A stretch of DNA of 62,873 nt, filler included, from Octopus bimaculoides (lineage: Eukaryota), in assembly GCF_001194135.2 (NCBI RefSeq). It is 6 parts of 6 records of this genome, joined end to end, with 100 filler letters (N's around TTAATTAATTAA, not from the genome) between each part and the next. Parts side by side here need not be neighbours in the genome. Positions count along the whole stretch, not along the records: positions 1 to 23,915 come from NC_069005.1; 5 more parts are not named here. One strand, written 5' to 3'. Shown in pieces: positions 1 through 11,779 of the stretch. The notes beneath the pieces are model-generated. The model saw nothing but the letters and a program-made list of their open reading frames with translations, had not been told where the DNA came from and searched no databases. Position 1 is the stretch's first letter. Each line of letters begins with the position of its first letter. Position numbers and translations under genes: made by a program.

Positions 1-257
1 ATATCATCGGGCAGTATATTACTGGTTGCAGCATGGAGCTAGTCAGAATGATCGTCTGCTTTCGCGCCTACCATTCGAGCAATAACTGCTGACTCTTCAA
101 ACGTCTTTTTCAGGTGCATCCTTATGTAGAGTTAGTTAGGCGGCGTCTGTATGATTTGGTAGAACATCCTGTTATATCCTTCAGTGGCTGTCAATGCAAT
201 TTTTTTTTTCAGTCTAGCTTCGTGATGCCCTTACCCCACCCGCAGTCAGTTCCAAGC

Positions 258-295
<38 letters not shown>

Positions 296-1263
296 CATTC
301 TTTGTCAGAGAGCTGCATAGATAGCCGAGCAACTAACTCGGAAGTTGTTTCCACTACCATTCTCTTCTCAGAACACCTCCGAGGCTATAAAACTTTCATA
401 CACAAAGAATGCAAGTCCTTTCGTGACAACGTACAAGTGCATGGGTGGAGGAACCGACACGTCTCCAATTCTTTGAGACGATTCAGTATCTGTTCTTAAA
501 TTACAAATTCCTCCCATTTTTCTGAATTGCTCTTTGTGTCTGCGTTAACTGATCGGTAATTTCACTCTTTATCTTGACTTCGACATTCCTTCTCAAGTGT
601 CTGCCTCGAGTTACCTTTTCAAGGGAGGTAACTTCAACATTAGTCTTTTTTTTTAAACTCCCTTATATATTCTATCGTTTAACATCGGTTTTCCAAGCGG
701 GCATAGGTTGGACTGTTTGACAAAAAAGCTTGCAAAGTTAGAAACCACACTATCTTTCATAGTCTGTTTTAGCATGGTTTTCACTGCTCGATGCCCTTTC
801 TAATGCCAACCATTTTACACACCTTGCTTTTAGATCTACTACAGTTAAAACCCTTTACATTAACTAATATAGTGCCAATGAATTGCAAACTCCTAACATT
901 AAATGGTGTTGATACAAATTAGATGCCGTAAATATTAAACGCGCAGATCGCATCTGAAGCATTAAACTTCACATATGATGGCAGTCTGCTCTCAAGCAAA
1001 GCTAGACCACTTCAAGCACAAATATAGCTTTAGTTCCTTAAGTGAGAACAGATACGACATTTGAGCCCAGATACTCTTTAAAAATTTCTAAGATATTGCA
1101 AACGCATCTCGGTTCATAACCTGTTTCGGTTTCTGTTGGGTTTTTTTTTTCTCTTCATTTTAGTGTTTTGATATCTCTTTACACCTCCAGATGATTTACA
1201 CATTTTTTGACAAAAAAAAAAAGCATTTTGTATAAAATGATGGTATTAGGAGTTGATGCAATG

Positions 1264-1960
1264 TTATCGTAAACGATAATTTTCCCAGGGTACCCCTACA
1301 GAAATTTTCTTCTGATTAGCTCTTTTACCAAGCAGATAACATGGCAAGTTGAATTCTTTACTTGTGGCTGTCTTTGCTTCTTTTTCCACATCTTGTCTTG
1401 CCAATTGGTCGGAAGCTGGCAGTCTGCTTTGTGTCCTTTCAATTTCATGCAGATAAAGCTGTTCTTCACTTTGTGTAAAACTATCAGAATCAATTTCATT
1501 TTGTCTGGGAAAACACCTGATCAACAAAATGAATACTTGTCTGTCCGTTTGTCTGGCGAGTCTTAGCAAAAATTACATTGGGAATTACTAATCTGCCATG
1601 GACTGACCCATACACATGGACATTACCATTTTCCATTTGGAACTGGTTGGAAGCTGGCTGTCTTTTGTATTCATTCGATCTCCTGCTGTTAAAGCTGTTT
1701 TTCATGTTGGGTAAAGCCATCAGAATCAGTTTCATTTTCTGAGAAAGCAGCTGATCAACAAAATGAATACAATTTAGAAATTATAAAAAATAAACGAATT
1801 TACTCAATGACAGCTTACCTGTTTTTATCTGGCAATCATTAGCAAAAATTACAAATCTGTCATGGACTGACCCATTATACTATACACATACATATGGACA
1901 TTACTGTTTTCCATTTTGAATTGGTCACAAGCTGACGGCCTTTGTTCTGCTCATACTTCA
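1264..1960 (-). pseudogene. Degenerate tandem triplication of an exon-intron-like unit (about 234-264 bp period)
   Basis: CTGATCAACAAAATGAATAC recurs at 1517 and 1751 and GACTGACCCAT at 1601 and 1865. On the minus strand a 68-nt GT-AG intron-like segment (1818 to 1751) starts CAG|GTAAGC. The last copy has an open frame EIDSDSFTQSEEQLYLHEIERTQSRL...VPWENYRLR*. Confidence 0.3.
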
Positions 1961-2492
1961 AGGCATAAATTTGCAGGAGTCTCTGCTCGTACAGCAAATT
2001 ACCCATACAATGGGGCACTCGCACTGTGAGTACTCGGGAAAGAAAACCTTCTGGGATGGGGAGCACAGGTGTGGCTGTGTGCTAAGAAATTCGCTTCCCA
2101 ACTACATGCTTCTGGATGATGGACCAGTTAAATAATCAACCACAGGAGATGATGTCTACACTTAGTTTCTTTCAATTTTTGAATAGTCATTCCATAGTTT
2201 TCGATGTCATCGACAGTTGATAGAGGAAATATTGTCATGTGGCTCTATCATAAACTTTCTTCGTAACCTTTGTCTGAGAATGTAGTTGCTGTCTCTATTT
2301 TGGGCAAGACAAAGGTATATTATTCTCTCTGAAGCCTATTCTTAGACATATATTCAGGTATGGTATTGCTACATATTGAAAGTGAAATGTTGCAACGAAT
2401 AGTAACCTTTTCTCGTTTGGCTAGCAAAAGTAACTTTGGGATGTTCCTGGTCCACTGTAAGGTATAAAATCCCTTTTAATGATTTTCAACGA

Positions 2493-2712
2493 GGCAGTGA
2501 CCTGGCAGGATCGTTAGCATGCTGAGTAAAATGCTTACTGGCATTTCATCCCGCTTCACGTTCTGAATTCAAATGCTGTGAGGGTTGACTTTTCTTTTCA
2601 TCCTTTCGGTGGGTGGGGGTGATAAAATAAGTACTAGTTAAATACTGGGTTGAGATAATAGACTTAGCCCCTCCCCCAGAATTGTTTGGACTTTGTGCCA
2701 AAATTTGAAATG
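2493..2712 (+). mobile_element. tRNA-derived SINE, family A (GGCGAGCTGGCAGAA...GTTCAAATTCCGCCGAGGTCGAC type), degenerate
   Basis: Similar to the copy at 19805-20037; B-box-like TTCTGAATTCAAAT. Confidence 0.75.
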
Positions 2713-2744
2713 ATGACCACCAATATTGGAGATATCTTGGTATG

Positions 2745-4640
2745 ATCTAGATGAGCTTTCTTTGTAAAGAGACTGCATCTACAGAGTTCTTAGATTTGTA
2801 CAACTCCAAAGATGCATGTTGAATCCTACAACTATTCATTGATGCTACAAAACATTGTTTTATTGATAGATGCTGACATTTGAATTTTTGTATTGTGTGT
2901 TGATAAAAGGCCCTGGACCAAAATTTTCCATTGAAAATGTTTTTGATAAAAATAGTCTGGAGCAATATAAAGAATTTACCCAATGAATCTTGGAGAACCT
3001 GGATGACTAGTCGGCTGTGAAATACTTTGACTAGAAAGGCTGACAATATTCAGTTTGGGTGTGCTCCATGTAGCTTTCAGCCAGGATTTGATTTTCAATC
3101 TGATCCTGTGTGCAATTCACTGGAACCTCTAGGAGTGCAAGTAGATGCAGACCATCTGACTCTAACACTATACCATTCACCATCAGCTCTTGTGAAATTT
3201 GAACACCTTTTAATATTTTCATAACTTCTGTGGATAGGTTCTGTACTAAGACCAGTACTGTGAGTTTCTGGTCATCTTTTTACAGGATTGACTCTTTTGA
3301 CCTTATCTTTAACCATACTATCTTTTAGAAACGGTATTAGTGATGTTTCCCTACCACTTCCAGAATGAGGTGCAGGCCTATCAACTACCTCGGTTTTTGT
3401 TTGCTTAAGTTGAAGTACCATGTTTAGCCTGGTCATAGAAATTTCGTCTTTTTACCTATGTAACCATGGCAATTTTAACCATCTCCTTCACTACTGCAGC
3501 CCAAATTAATGTTAGTTATTGCTCATAATTTCAAGGGCTTCAGGTTCACTAGTAATGTTAACTCTTTCTCAATTCCCATATATTGGAGGGTCTGTCTCAT
3601 TGGGGTTCATTAACATTTTTGAACAGAGCTTTTGGCTTTGCATTATCAGATAATGAAGATTTACTACTACTGAACTGATCTAAAAAGCTTCTACAGCGAA
3701 GTGTATTGTTTTTTTGTTAAAATTGTAATTTGTATTAGAAGAAACATCTGATTTAGACACATCAATGACTTGTGATATGTTCAGATTCGTCACTATCTCC
3801 CAGAGCAACCATGGCAGTTTCTGAATTTTTTAACTGTATCGATGTTTGTCAACTTTACTTCTTGCAGTTCTATTACCAGAATTGCTCTGATTCGAACTTA
3901 GACGATCTTTGTTTCTTGTTAACATCGGGCAAGGTCCATTTCTCCTCTCTTTTGAATTGTAGCTTTCTTTTTGAGGCTTCCTGTCCTGGAGGCATTATAG
4001 ATTCAGGAGGTAATGAAAGCATGTTTTCTTGTACTAGCTTCTTTCCTTGGACATCTCAAAGGTGGTTTGGCTCCCAAAGGAGATGATCCACTTGAGTTTG
4101 ACTGTGATTTAAGTTCAGATTCTGCCACTAATATCACATGTATTTGATTCTGGTGAAATATCTTTTAAATTTTCTATCTTCCATTTGATGTGCCTCTGGT
4201 AATGATTTTTACTATTATTTAAATAAAACCTTGGATCTTCTAAAAAATTTTCCAACATTATTCATTTTGCTAGATTCTTTTCCTAATGTAGAAGTCCTAT
4301 TCTAAGTGAGTAAATTCGACTATTACGAGTCATTTGGCCAACACCAAACAGTCAATTTTTTTTTTTTTTCTGGCCAATTCTCCTTTAGCTTCTTGGTCAC
4401 CTTCAATAGTGTATGCTTCACTGAGTTTCTCTTCTATTGCTTCAAGATTTATAGATTCAGGAGAACTATCTGTATAGGTTTTATGTCATTTCACAATATT
4501 TGTTTCATTCAAATTTTTCTAACCATAGTAACAATCTTGTTCTGTAGATGGGTCAATTTTCCAGATGCTGCAGAAGCTCTGCTACCAGGAATGGGGCAAT
4601 AATCTGAAGATGGTGAGACAGGATTAACATTGGAAATATA
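2745..4640 (-). pseudogene. Decayed long coding-like segment (S/E/K/N-rich) with frameshifts and stops
   Basis: Manual minus-strand translation gives protein-like stretches (TDSSPESINLEAIEEKLSEAYTIEGDQEAKGELARKK; QTKTEVVDRPAPHSGSGRETSLIPFLKDSMVKDKVKRVNPVK) broken by stops. No homologue recognised. Confidence 0.35.
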
Positions 4641-5399
4641 TATATATATGCAAAAACATTTTAGTCAGTTTATGCAAATGATTATAGGACACGTAAGTTA
4701 TACTATCTTAGCAGTGTAAGAAACCACTTTTGAGTTACTTCCGATAATCTTATTCTAGCGGGACCCATGAATATTTCACAGAATTAATGCTACACTTATT
4801 GGGTTATTTCTGAAAACGTTTATCAAAAACAAATAAACAAAAGAAAAAACCTGAAAGAATAACTTGTGTTTGTATCGGAAGACAGTCTCTCATCTGCTAT
4901 TCTTTGACATACAACACTAAGGGTTAAGGTAAAAATGTAAAGCAATATATAAGGACAGAAATTTTTACTAATATAAACACAGGAGCACAACTCCCCCCCC
5001 CCCTTCTCTACACTGAATGTGTTGGGATTTGGGGGTGAAGCTGCTACTTAGGTTGGTTCAGGCATTCCCATAACCCAGGACTGTCTATAAGTGTTGTATC
5101 ACAGGTTTGAATGGCATACCTTAGAATCAATGTGCCTTTGCTCAACTACTCCTGACTACTCAACTACCAAGCTACCCCTATTTGTTGTCACCATCCACTA
5201 TTTATTCGTAGTGGACCAGCCCACTTCTCTCCTGGGGGTGTCCACACAACAATAAGCATTCTCAGTGTTAGTCTAGTCACAGATCTTGTCACATGTTCTG
5301 GAAGGTTCAATTTCTTCACTTTGACTTATAGTCTCGCTTATAGTTTCATTCATTTGGATGTCCCAACTAGTTTATCATTCCTCTCCAACCCCCATATCC

Positions 5400-7050
5400 T
5401 CACTGTTTCAGGACTGATGTGGTATTGCTGGGATGGACACCCTGAGTTTTGAATCTTGATTCTAGGCACATATGTTTAAAGTATCTCCATGATGTTATGA
5501 GCGATGGGGTGCTCTGGAAACAGTTCATGGGGCCAACTGTAGTCCACTGTTGCTGCAGCTGATGTCATGACTATTGTCCACTGCCTTTTTTTTCTTTCTT
5601 TCTTTTCCGCATTTCTAGTTCCTCAAGCAGAAAGCCCTCTGGTGGGTTTTTACTTTCACATGTATAGCAACCATGCTTTCTATCTTGTACCATTAGTCTA
5701 TCTGCTTTTAATTTCTGCATCCACAATGGGCTGCAACTCTAGGATAACTTTGGTCTGTGGGTATCATGTTAATGTAGACCTCTATATATTTTCATTATTG
5801 TTATATTAACAGCCGACCCTTAGTGTGATGCAAATTAACTGACGACTTGCAAGTGAATGTTCTTGACTATTGTACAGGTATTTTCTCTCTGCATATATTG
5901 CAATAACAGCCTGGTGGCCAGGTGTGAAGTAGATTGACTCTTCATCAGTTTTAAAACCTAGCACCAACTTCCATACATCCCACTGGGTAGATGGAACTAA
6001 GACTGTGCCACACACTGGTCAAGGTTTCTTCCAGTTCTTACTTGTCTGAGAATACTGACTTGCTCAAAATAAAGACGGCAATGGAGGTGTTATTCTCCTC
6101 CAATCCTGTACTTAGACATGTCATCAGGCACGATACTGGAAGTGAGACATGGCACAAGTGATGTTGGTTATGATGTTGAAATTTTTCTGTAATAATGTCC
6201 TTCCTTCCATTTTTTTCTATGCCTTGACCCTGTCGTCATTGGAGCATTGGTTGATGACATTGTGGTGTGCATACGAGTAGATGTAATCGCCTTACCTCGG
6301 TTTTCCTTTCCTCGACTGCGAGTCCGTCTTGCGGTATCCGATCCTCGAAGCTTGCCCCGACCCAAGGTACACCAGGTATAGCAGCTGCTTCTCCCAAACC
6401 TTCCCAAACCTAGACCGTCGCTTAACACGTCTTGTCCTGACCGCAGCCCCGTTCGAAAAGGGCACGAACGCCGATCGAGGCTCCCTTTGCGCTCTTTCCC
6501 CTTCTGGTCGACTCGCCCTTCCGGTCAGCCTCCCCACACACTGACGTCATACCACAGACATCACAGCCAGATTTCCTCTTATCTCGTTCTTCTGTCAGTC
6601 AGCCAGCCAAATTGAAGCTTGTCCACTCTTTTAATCCAGGCAGTGACTGATTCGGTATGGATTCTGGTCTGGTTGTCATCTTCGTGAATGTATCACCATT
6701 AAGTTAGTTTGGCACCCATTCCTCTCTAAGCTGTTATCCATAACTCTACAGGTTTTAAATCCTGCTTCAGGTTGGTATAGAGAACTTATTTGGTGGAGGT
6801 TTAATCAATATCTTCACACCAAATACTTCACAAGACTATAAGTTAAAAACAGACATCCATACGCAGAAAGTGGGGTCAGGAACTTACCGGTTTTCAACAG
6901 GCGAATGAGGGATTTCTCTTAGTGTTACAGAGCTCCCCTCCTCCTTGTTCTCTCTTTCCTCATCGGTTTCTGGTGGTGGGTCTATTAATTTGGGCATCTC
7001 ACTTAATCTGTGGATGCCCTCTGGTCTTCTATCTCTAGGTTGACAATAGT
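5400..7050 (-). mobile_element. Possible highly degraded LTR-retrotransposon gag-pol remnant
   Basis: Minus-strand fragments resemble a Gag zinc-knuckle remnant (KKWKEGHYYRK, about 6190) and an RT N-terminus (LQPIVDAEIK...AW, about 5690-5740), in the expected order. Many stops. Confidence 0.3.
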
Positions 7051-7247
7051 TTCTCTTCTATACGTGCATAGCTCTTGCGTAGATTCCTTCAACATACATG
7101 GTAGGATTTATCTCCTTTCATAAATGTGGTAAATTTTGTATTTCCGTTTATTATTGTATTATGAATTCAGATTTGATTTCCCAATTGAAGAATAAATTGA
7201 ATTTAAAATAAAATTCTATACAACATATTTTGCTTTTTCCCTTCAAT

Positions 7248-7275
7248 CTGGACAATGCCGGGTGCCTCTGCTAGT
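7248..7275 (+). mobile_element. Helitron-like 3' terminus
   Basis: CTGGACAATGCCGGGTGCCTCTGCTAG|T resembles the hairpin + CTAG end at 36985-37012. Confidence 0.45.
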
Positions 7276-7584
7276 CGAATTATGAAAGCCAATTGAAGCC
7301 GAGTTCCCTCGAGACATCTGCACACTTTATTGTAGAAATGTAATCATATCATTTGTCACTGGTTTGTCAACGACTATCCGTCGTACTGTTTATGACATCG
7401 TTCGTGCGTTTGTACTGGCTTTAGGGTTCGGGTTTTAGAGTTAGGGTTATGATTAACTCATAATCATAACTCTAAAACCTTAACCCTAAACCCTTACTAG
7501 GGAATATTGATATAATTAAACAGGGAATAACACTCTTGACACCGGCAAAAATTATTGTTTACAAAAACGGCAGTAACTGTATTC

Positions 7585-7942
7585 AGCTGAATAGACGTCA
7601 GTGATTGGTTGAAATTACAGAAATACAACTTTAACATGAAATAACTTGCGATGTACAATTTTTTGTTAAGAAGGCTAAGAGAAAAAGTTGTTTTATATGA
7701 CGCATTCTACTAGTATCCCAAGTTTGAAAGTGTTTCGTTAAGAAAACAGGATCTTTTTTAAAACGGAGGCCACATTTTTCATTAACGAAACACTTTGAAA
7801 GTTGGAACACTGGTAGAATGTCATATAAAACATCTTTTTCTGTTAGTCTTCTTAAAAAAAAAAAAAGAAATCCATAAATTATTCCATGTTAAAGTTGTCG
7901 TATTTCTGTAATTTCAACCAATCACTGACGTCCATTCAGCCG
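7585..7942. mobile_element. Fold-back (palindromic) MITE-like element
   Basis: Imperfect inverted arms of about 160 bp (7585-7742 vs 7780-7942), e.g. GACGTCAGTGATTGGTTGAAATTACAGAAATAC vs GTATTTCTGTAATTTCAACCAATCACTGACGTC. A third arm copy lies at 8115-8228. Confidence 0.65.
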
Positions 7943-7987
7943 ATATACATTAAGTGCCGACTACATAAACAAACTATTCTGAAACAA

Positions 7988-8015
7988 TTAACCCTAACCC
8001 TAGGGTTAGGGTTAA
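7988..8015. repeat. Perfect 28-bp palindrome of telomeric hexamers
   Basis: TTAACCCTAACCCT|AGGGTTAGGGTTAA; further degenerate TTAGGG/CCCTAA units in inverted arrangement at 7421-7495. Confidence 0.9.
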
Positions 8016-9315
8016 AGCAAATTTAAAATGCAAAAAGCAAATAAAACGAAGGTATGGAGATTAAATACGCTTTATATCGCTTAATCAGTCCAAGGAGTAA
8101 ATGTAAACTGAATACTTGTCAGTGATTGGTTGAAATTATCGAAATAAGACAATTTTTTACATGAAATAAATTCGAATACAAAAATATTTTTCTGTTCTAT
8201 AACACAAAATGGATAAGTATACGAAGTCNNNNNNNNNNNNNNNNNNNNNNNNNNNNNNNNNNNNNNNNNNNNNNNNNNNNNNNNNNNNNNNNNNNNNNNN
8301 NNNNNNNNNNNNNNNNNNNNNNNNNNNNNNNNNNNNNNNNNNNNNNNNNNNNNNNNNNNNNNNNNNNNNNNNNNNNNNNNNNNNNNNNNNNNNNNNNNNN
8401 NNNNNNNNNNNNNNNNNNNNNNNNNNNNNNNNNNNNNNNNNNNNNNNNNNNNNNNNNNNNNNNNNNNNNNNNNNNNNNNNNNNNNNNNNNNNNNNNNNNN
8501 NNNNNNNNNNNNNNNNNNNNNNNNNNNNNNNNNNNNNNNNNNNNNNNNNNNNNNNNNNNNNNNNATATCCGAGTTTTTTTTCTTTTTAGTGAAAATCGTG
8601 CGGGTGAAAAAATCAAATACCCAAATTATGAGATAATATAGTCATCAAAGCACCGTTTGTCAGAAAAAAAAGACGAGATAGTCATGACTGGAACGCGTTT
8701 GATCATTGATCTTCAACAGGAGTCATCAAATAAAAAGAAACGCTTCTTTTTCCAAATTATAAACAAATCCTCCACTTCCTTCCCCCCTTTTCCAGCTCCT
8801 CAGAGAATCTGTTCTGCAGCAAATTAAGTAACTAAGCAACGTTATAGTAAACAACTCTTAAAAAAAAAAAAAAAAAACCATATTCTTATAACAAGTTTTT
8901 TTCATTCTCTTTCCCAAAGAATAAAAAAAAATGTATTAATTGTTCATTTTTAATTTTAACTTAATTTATTTTTATATTATCAGTTTCTTCCTTGTAAGCA
9001 TTAAAATCGATGTAGACAGTCTGTGAGATAAATGTTACACTAGGTTGACTTAGACAAAACCCCACGACCAGAAAAAGAATGACTTGTTCATCTAATGTCA
9101 TGCCGGAGTTCGTCTTTCTTTTTCTCTTTCTCATTCTTTTTGTCTCTTTCCTTTCTGAGATTCTTTCTACTTTTCTCCAAACACAGACATAACGACATTT
9201 TACGTGCATGCAAACATCTTTTTCGAGAAGCACAAACTAGAAGGCTGGTCTAAGTGCCCATCTTTCGTAATACACAGAAAGCAACCTATTTATTCTTATA
9301 TGATAACAGTTAGCC

Positions 9316-9387
9316 ATGCCGCTTTGTTGTAAGTCTTGCTGTCGTAAGGACGTCGCGGGCAAAGATGGTAAAAAAGGGAAGAAGACT
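9316..9387 (+). CDS. Candidate first coding exon, MPLCCKSCCRKDVAGKDGKKGKKT, possibly of the PhnD-like gene
   Basis: GCC-ATG context; 24 open codons ending at a phase-0 donor ACT|GTAAGA; the acceptor at 20501 is also phase 0. Confidence 0.5.
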
Positions 9388-9515
9388 GTAAGATTTCAAC
9401 TATTTATTTCTCCATTTTTCTACACTCCATCATAAATACAATCAGTCTCTCATCACTTGAGAAATGTGTGTGTGTGTGTGTGTGTGTGCGTGCGTATGTT
9501 ATGCATGTGTATAGT

Positions 9516-9889
9516 CAGGGCCGGATTTATGCATGAACCATGACTCGCGGTCCCCAAGTTTGGTTGCCAGGGTATGGGACAGGAGCTTTTAACAGAGGTT
9601 CTAAAGCTCTGAGTTAAAACTTAAGAATTACAATTCCTTTGTTTACTTTTTCTTATTTAATCCATACGTTCTTTTAAAAGTATTGACCCTTTTCATTTTC
9701 TGGCCTTGTTCTATTTAAAAGGCCATTATATTGAACCGAGTTTCTCTGAATCTACCGTGGCCCTTTCAAGTTTCGGGACCTTAGCTTTAATGGGGCCATC
9801 TTTATCTTGGATTTTGAATTAGCAAAATCCGGGGTACCCGCAAAACCTATTAGTCCAGAGTCCTTCCTCTAGGTCTAAACCCAGCCCTG
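9516..9889. mobile_element. hAT-like MITE
   Basis: TIRs CAGGGCCGGATTTA (9516-9529) and TAAACCCAGCCCTG (9876-9889); 8-bp flanks TGTATAGT / TGTATCTC are a degenerate TSD. Confidence 0.55.
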
Positions 9890-10039
9890 TGTATCTCGAT
9901 GAGTCTTTTTATTTGCTAACTCTGCAAGAAGGGCCAACACACTTTGCCTTCGTAATCCCTCCAAGACTGCTAAGATCGATACTGTTAATGTTCCTCTGGC
10001 TTTTCTAAATTAACTGTGGGGTGTTGATTTAGAGGAGGT

Positions 10040-10460
10040 ATTTTAAGAAGGAATTGGACATAGCGATTAATGCAGGAGTAGTCGAGGTTGGAACAAGCAA
10101 GTGTGATGAGAAGAGGAAAGTTGAATCAGAAAAGCTTGAGATGAGACAGCATGAGCGTAACCAGATCAAGTACCTTCATGTGCTGAAGAGCAGAGCCAGT
10201 CGTGTGATGCCGTTCTAGCTATAATAAAGATGTGCTTTCGCCCGGAAAGATCTTCAGTGGCAGTGAGGGTGAGGGTGTACATTAGGCGCGATTGTAAGCG
10301 ATCTGGTTGTATTCTGCTTATGTTTAGGAGTCGAGGATGGGGCGAGAAGATATCGTCTTGAGAGGGGTAATGGCTGTGCTTCTTTGCTTCTGTACGAGAT
10401 AAAACTGGCATATTCCACTCCACCCCCATTGAGAAGGGATGATCTCGATGGTTTGACATG
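10040..10460 (-). mobile_element. Degraded CR1/L2-like LINE RT C-terminal fragment
   Basis: Frameshifted minus-strand stretch CSNLDYSC resembles the RxxLDYCS motif that follows the RT core in CR1/L2 LINEs. Confidence 0.3.
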
Positions 10461-10526
10461 TGGTAACGTAGCTTCAGAATGGATGATGTATGTTCAGTGA
10501 ACGTGAACGAAGAAGGGTAGGGTATA

Positions 10527-10758
10527 CGGGGGGGGGTGCTGAAAAGTTCCTGCCTTTAAGTGTATCACGAATGGCCTGGATGCCTAGTTAAGAAGCCCAA
10601 TCTTCCAAGTTCTTTTACAGGGCTTAGAGAAACCGCAACACCGCTGCCATAAGTGTGAATCTGAGAGGGGAATATGTTCAATAAATTCATAATTCACTGA
10701 TCCACCTGTATTTTTTTTTTTTTTACCCAAAAGCCAGGAACTTTTCAGCACCCTCTCG
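10527..10758. mobile_element. Tc1/mariner-type MITE
   Basis: TA followed by TIR CGGGGGGGGGTGCTGAAAAGTTCCTG; right TIR AAGCCAGGAACTTTTCAGCACCCTCTCG. Confidence 0.75.
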
Positions 10759-11166
10759 AGTGTGTATGTTATTGGACAAAAACAAATACTTGTTACAACT
10801 TTGTGTGTAATTTAATATATATATATATATATCTACTCCCACTATATATATTTCTTGCCTCTCGCACAAACATTATCATGTACAGACTCAAACACACTTG
10901 TGTAACATAACCTAATAACTTCCAAAGTACAAGTAACATGGTTTTGTATTATCTTACTCTGGTGCCCTCCTCTGGCTTTCAACAGAAGAAAAAAAACACC
11001 ACTTTTCTCAGTTGTCAACAAACATACACCCCCCCCCCTCTNNNNNNNNNNNNNNNNNNNNNNNNNNNNNNNNNNNACTTATACGATAAATAGGACTGAA
11101 TATTTGTGAAACATACCATACATTTTGCATTTGAGTTCCCCCGAGATGAACATACACACGTACACA

Positions 11167-11203
<37 letters not shown>

Positions 11204-11735
11204 GTATACAACACAAGCACGCATACGCCTTTAAAAGAAGTATGTTTATATATGTAATACTGTGTGTTTGTGAAGGGTGTGTCACAATCAACCAATCAGA
11301 TATCAATATCTTATATAGCTATATATATATACACATATTCAGTTAACCCCTATGGATTGAAAGACAAAAATCGACCCAGCAGGATTCGAACTCGGATTGC
11401 TTGTGTGTATGTTAATTAGTCTTATATATGCATGTATTTGTGTATGCGTGTATATTTTATATCTTTGTAGAGTTGTATGTGTACGTATATATATATTTAT
11501 ATATATATATATACACATACACATTGCCTGTTTGTATGTATGTATATGTGTGTGAATCCATATACACATTTACGCTTATCTACGTACACACAAACTTTAA
11601 CCTCTACCAACCGACGTTACATGTTCAACACTTAATTGGGGTGACGTATTCTATCGCATGTCAAACTAGTTTTGTGTCAACGCACTAAACAGATTATATA
11701 ATATATATAGCAGGACATATACATACCATTTCCTT

Positions 11736-11779
<44 letters not shown>

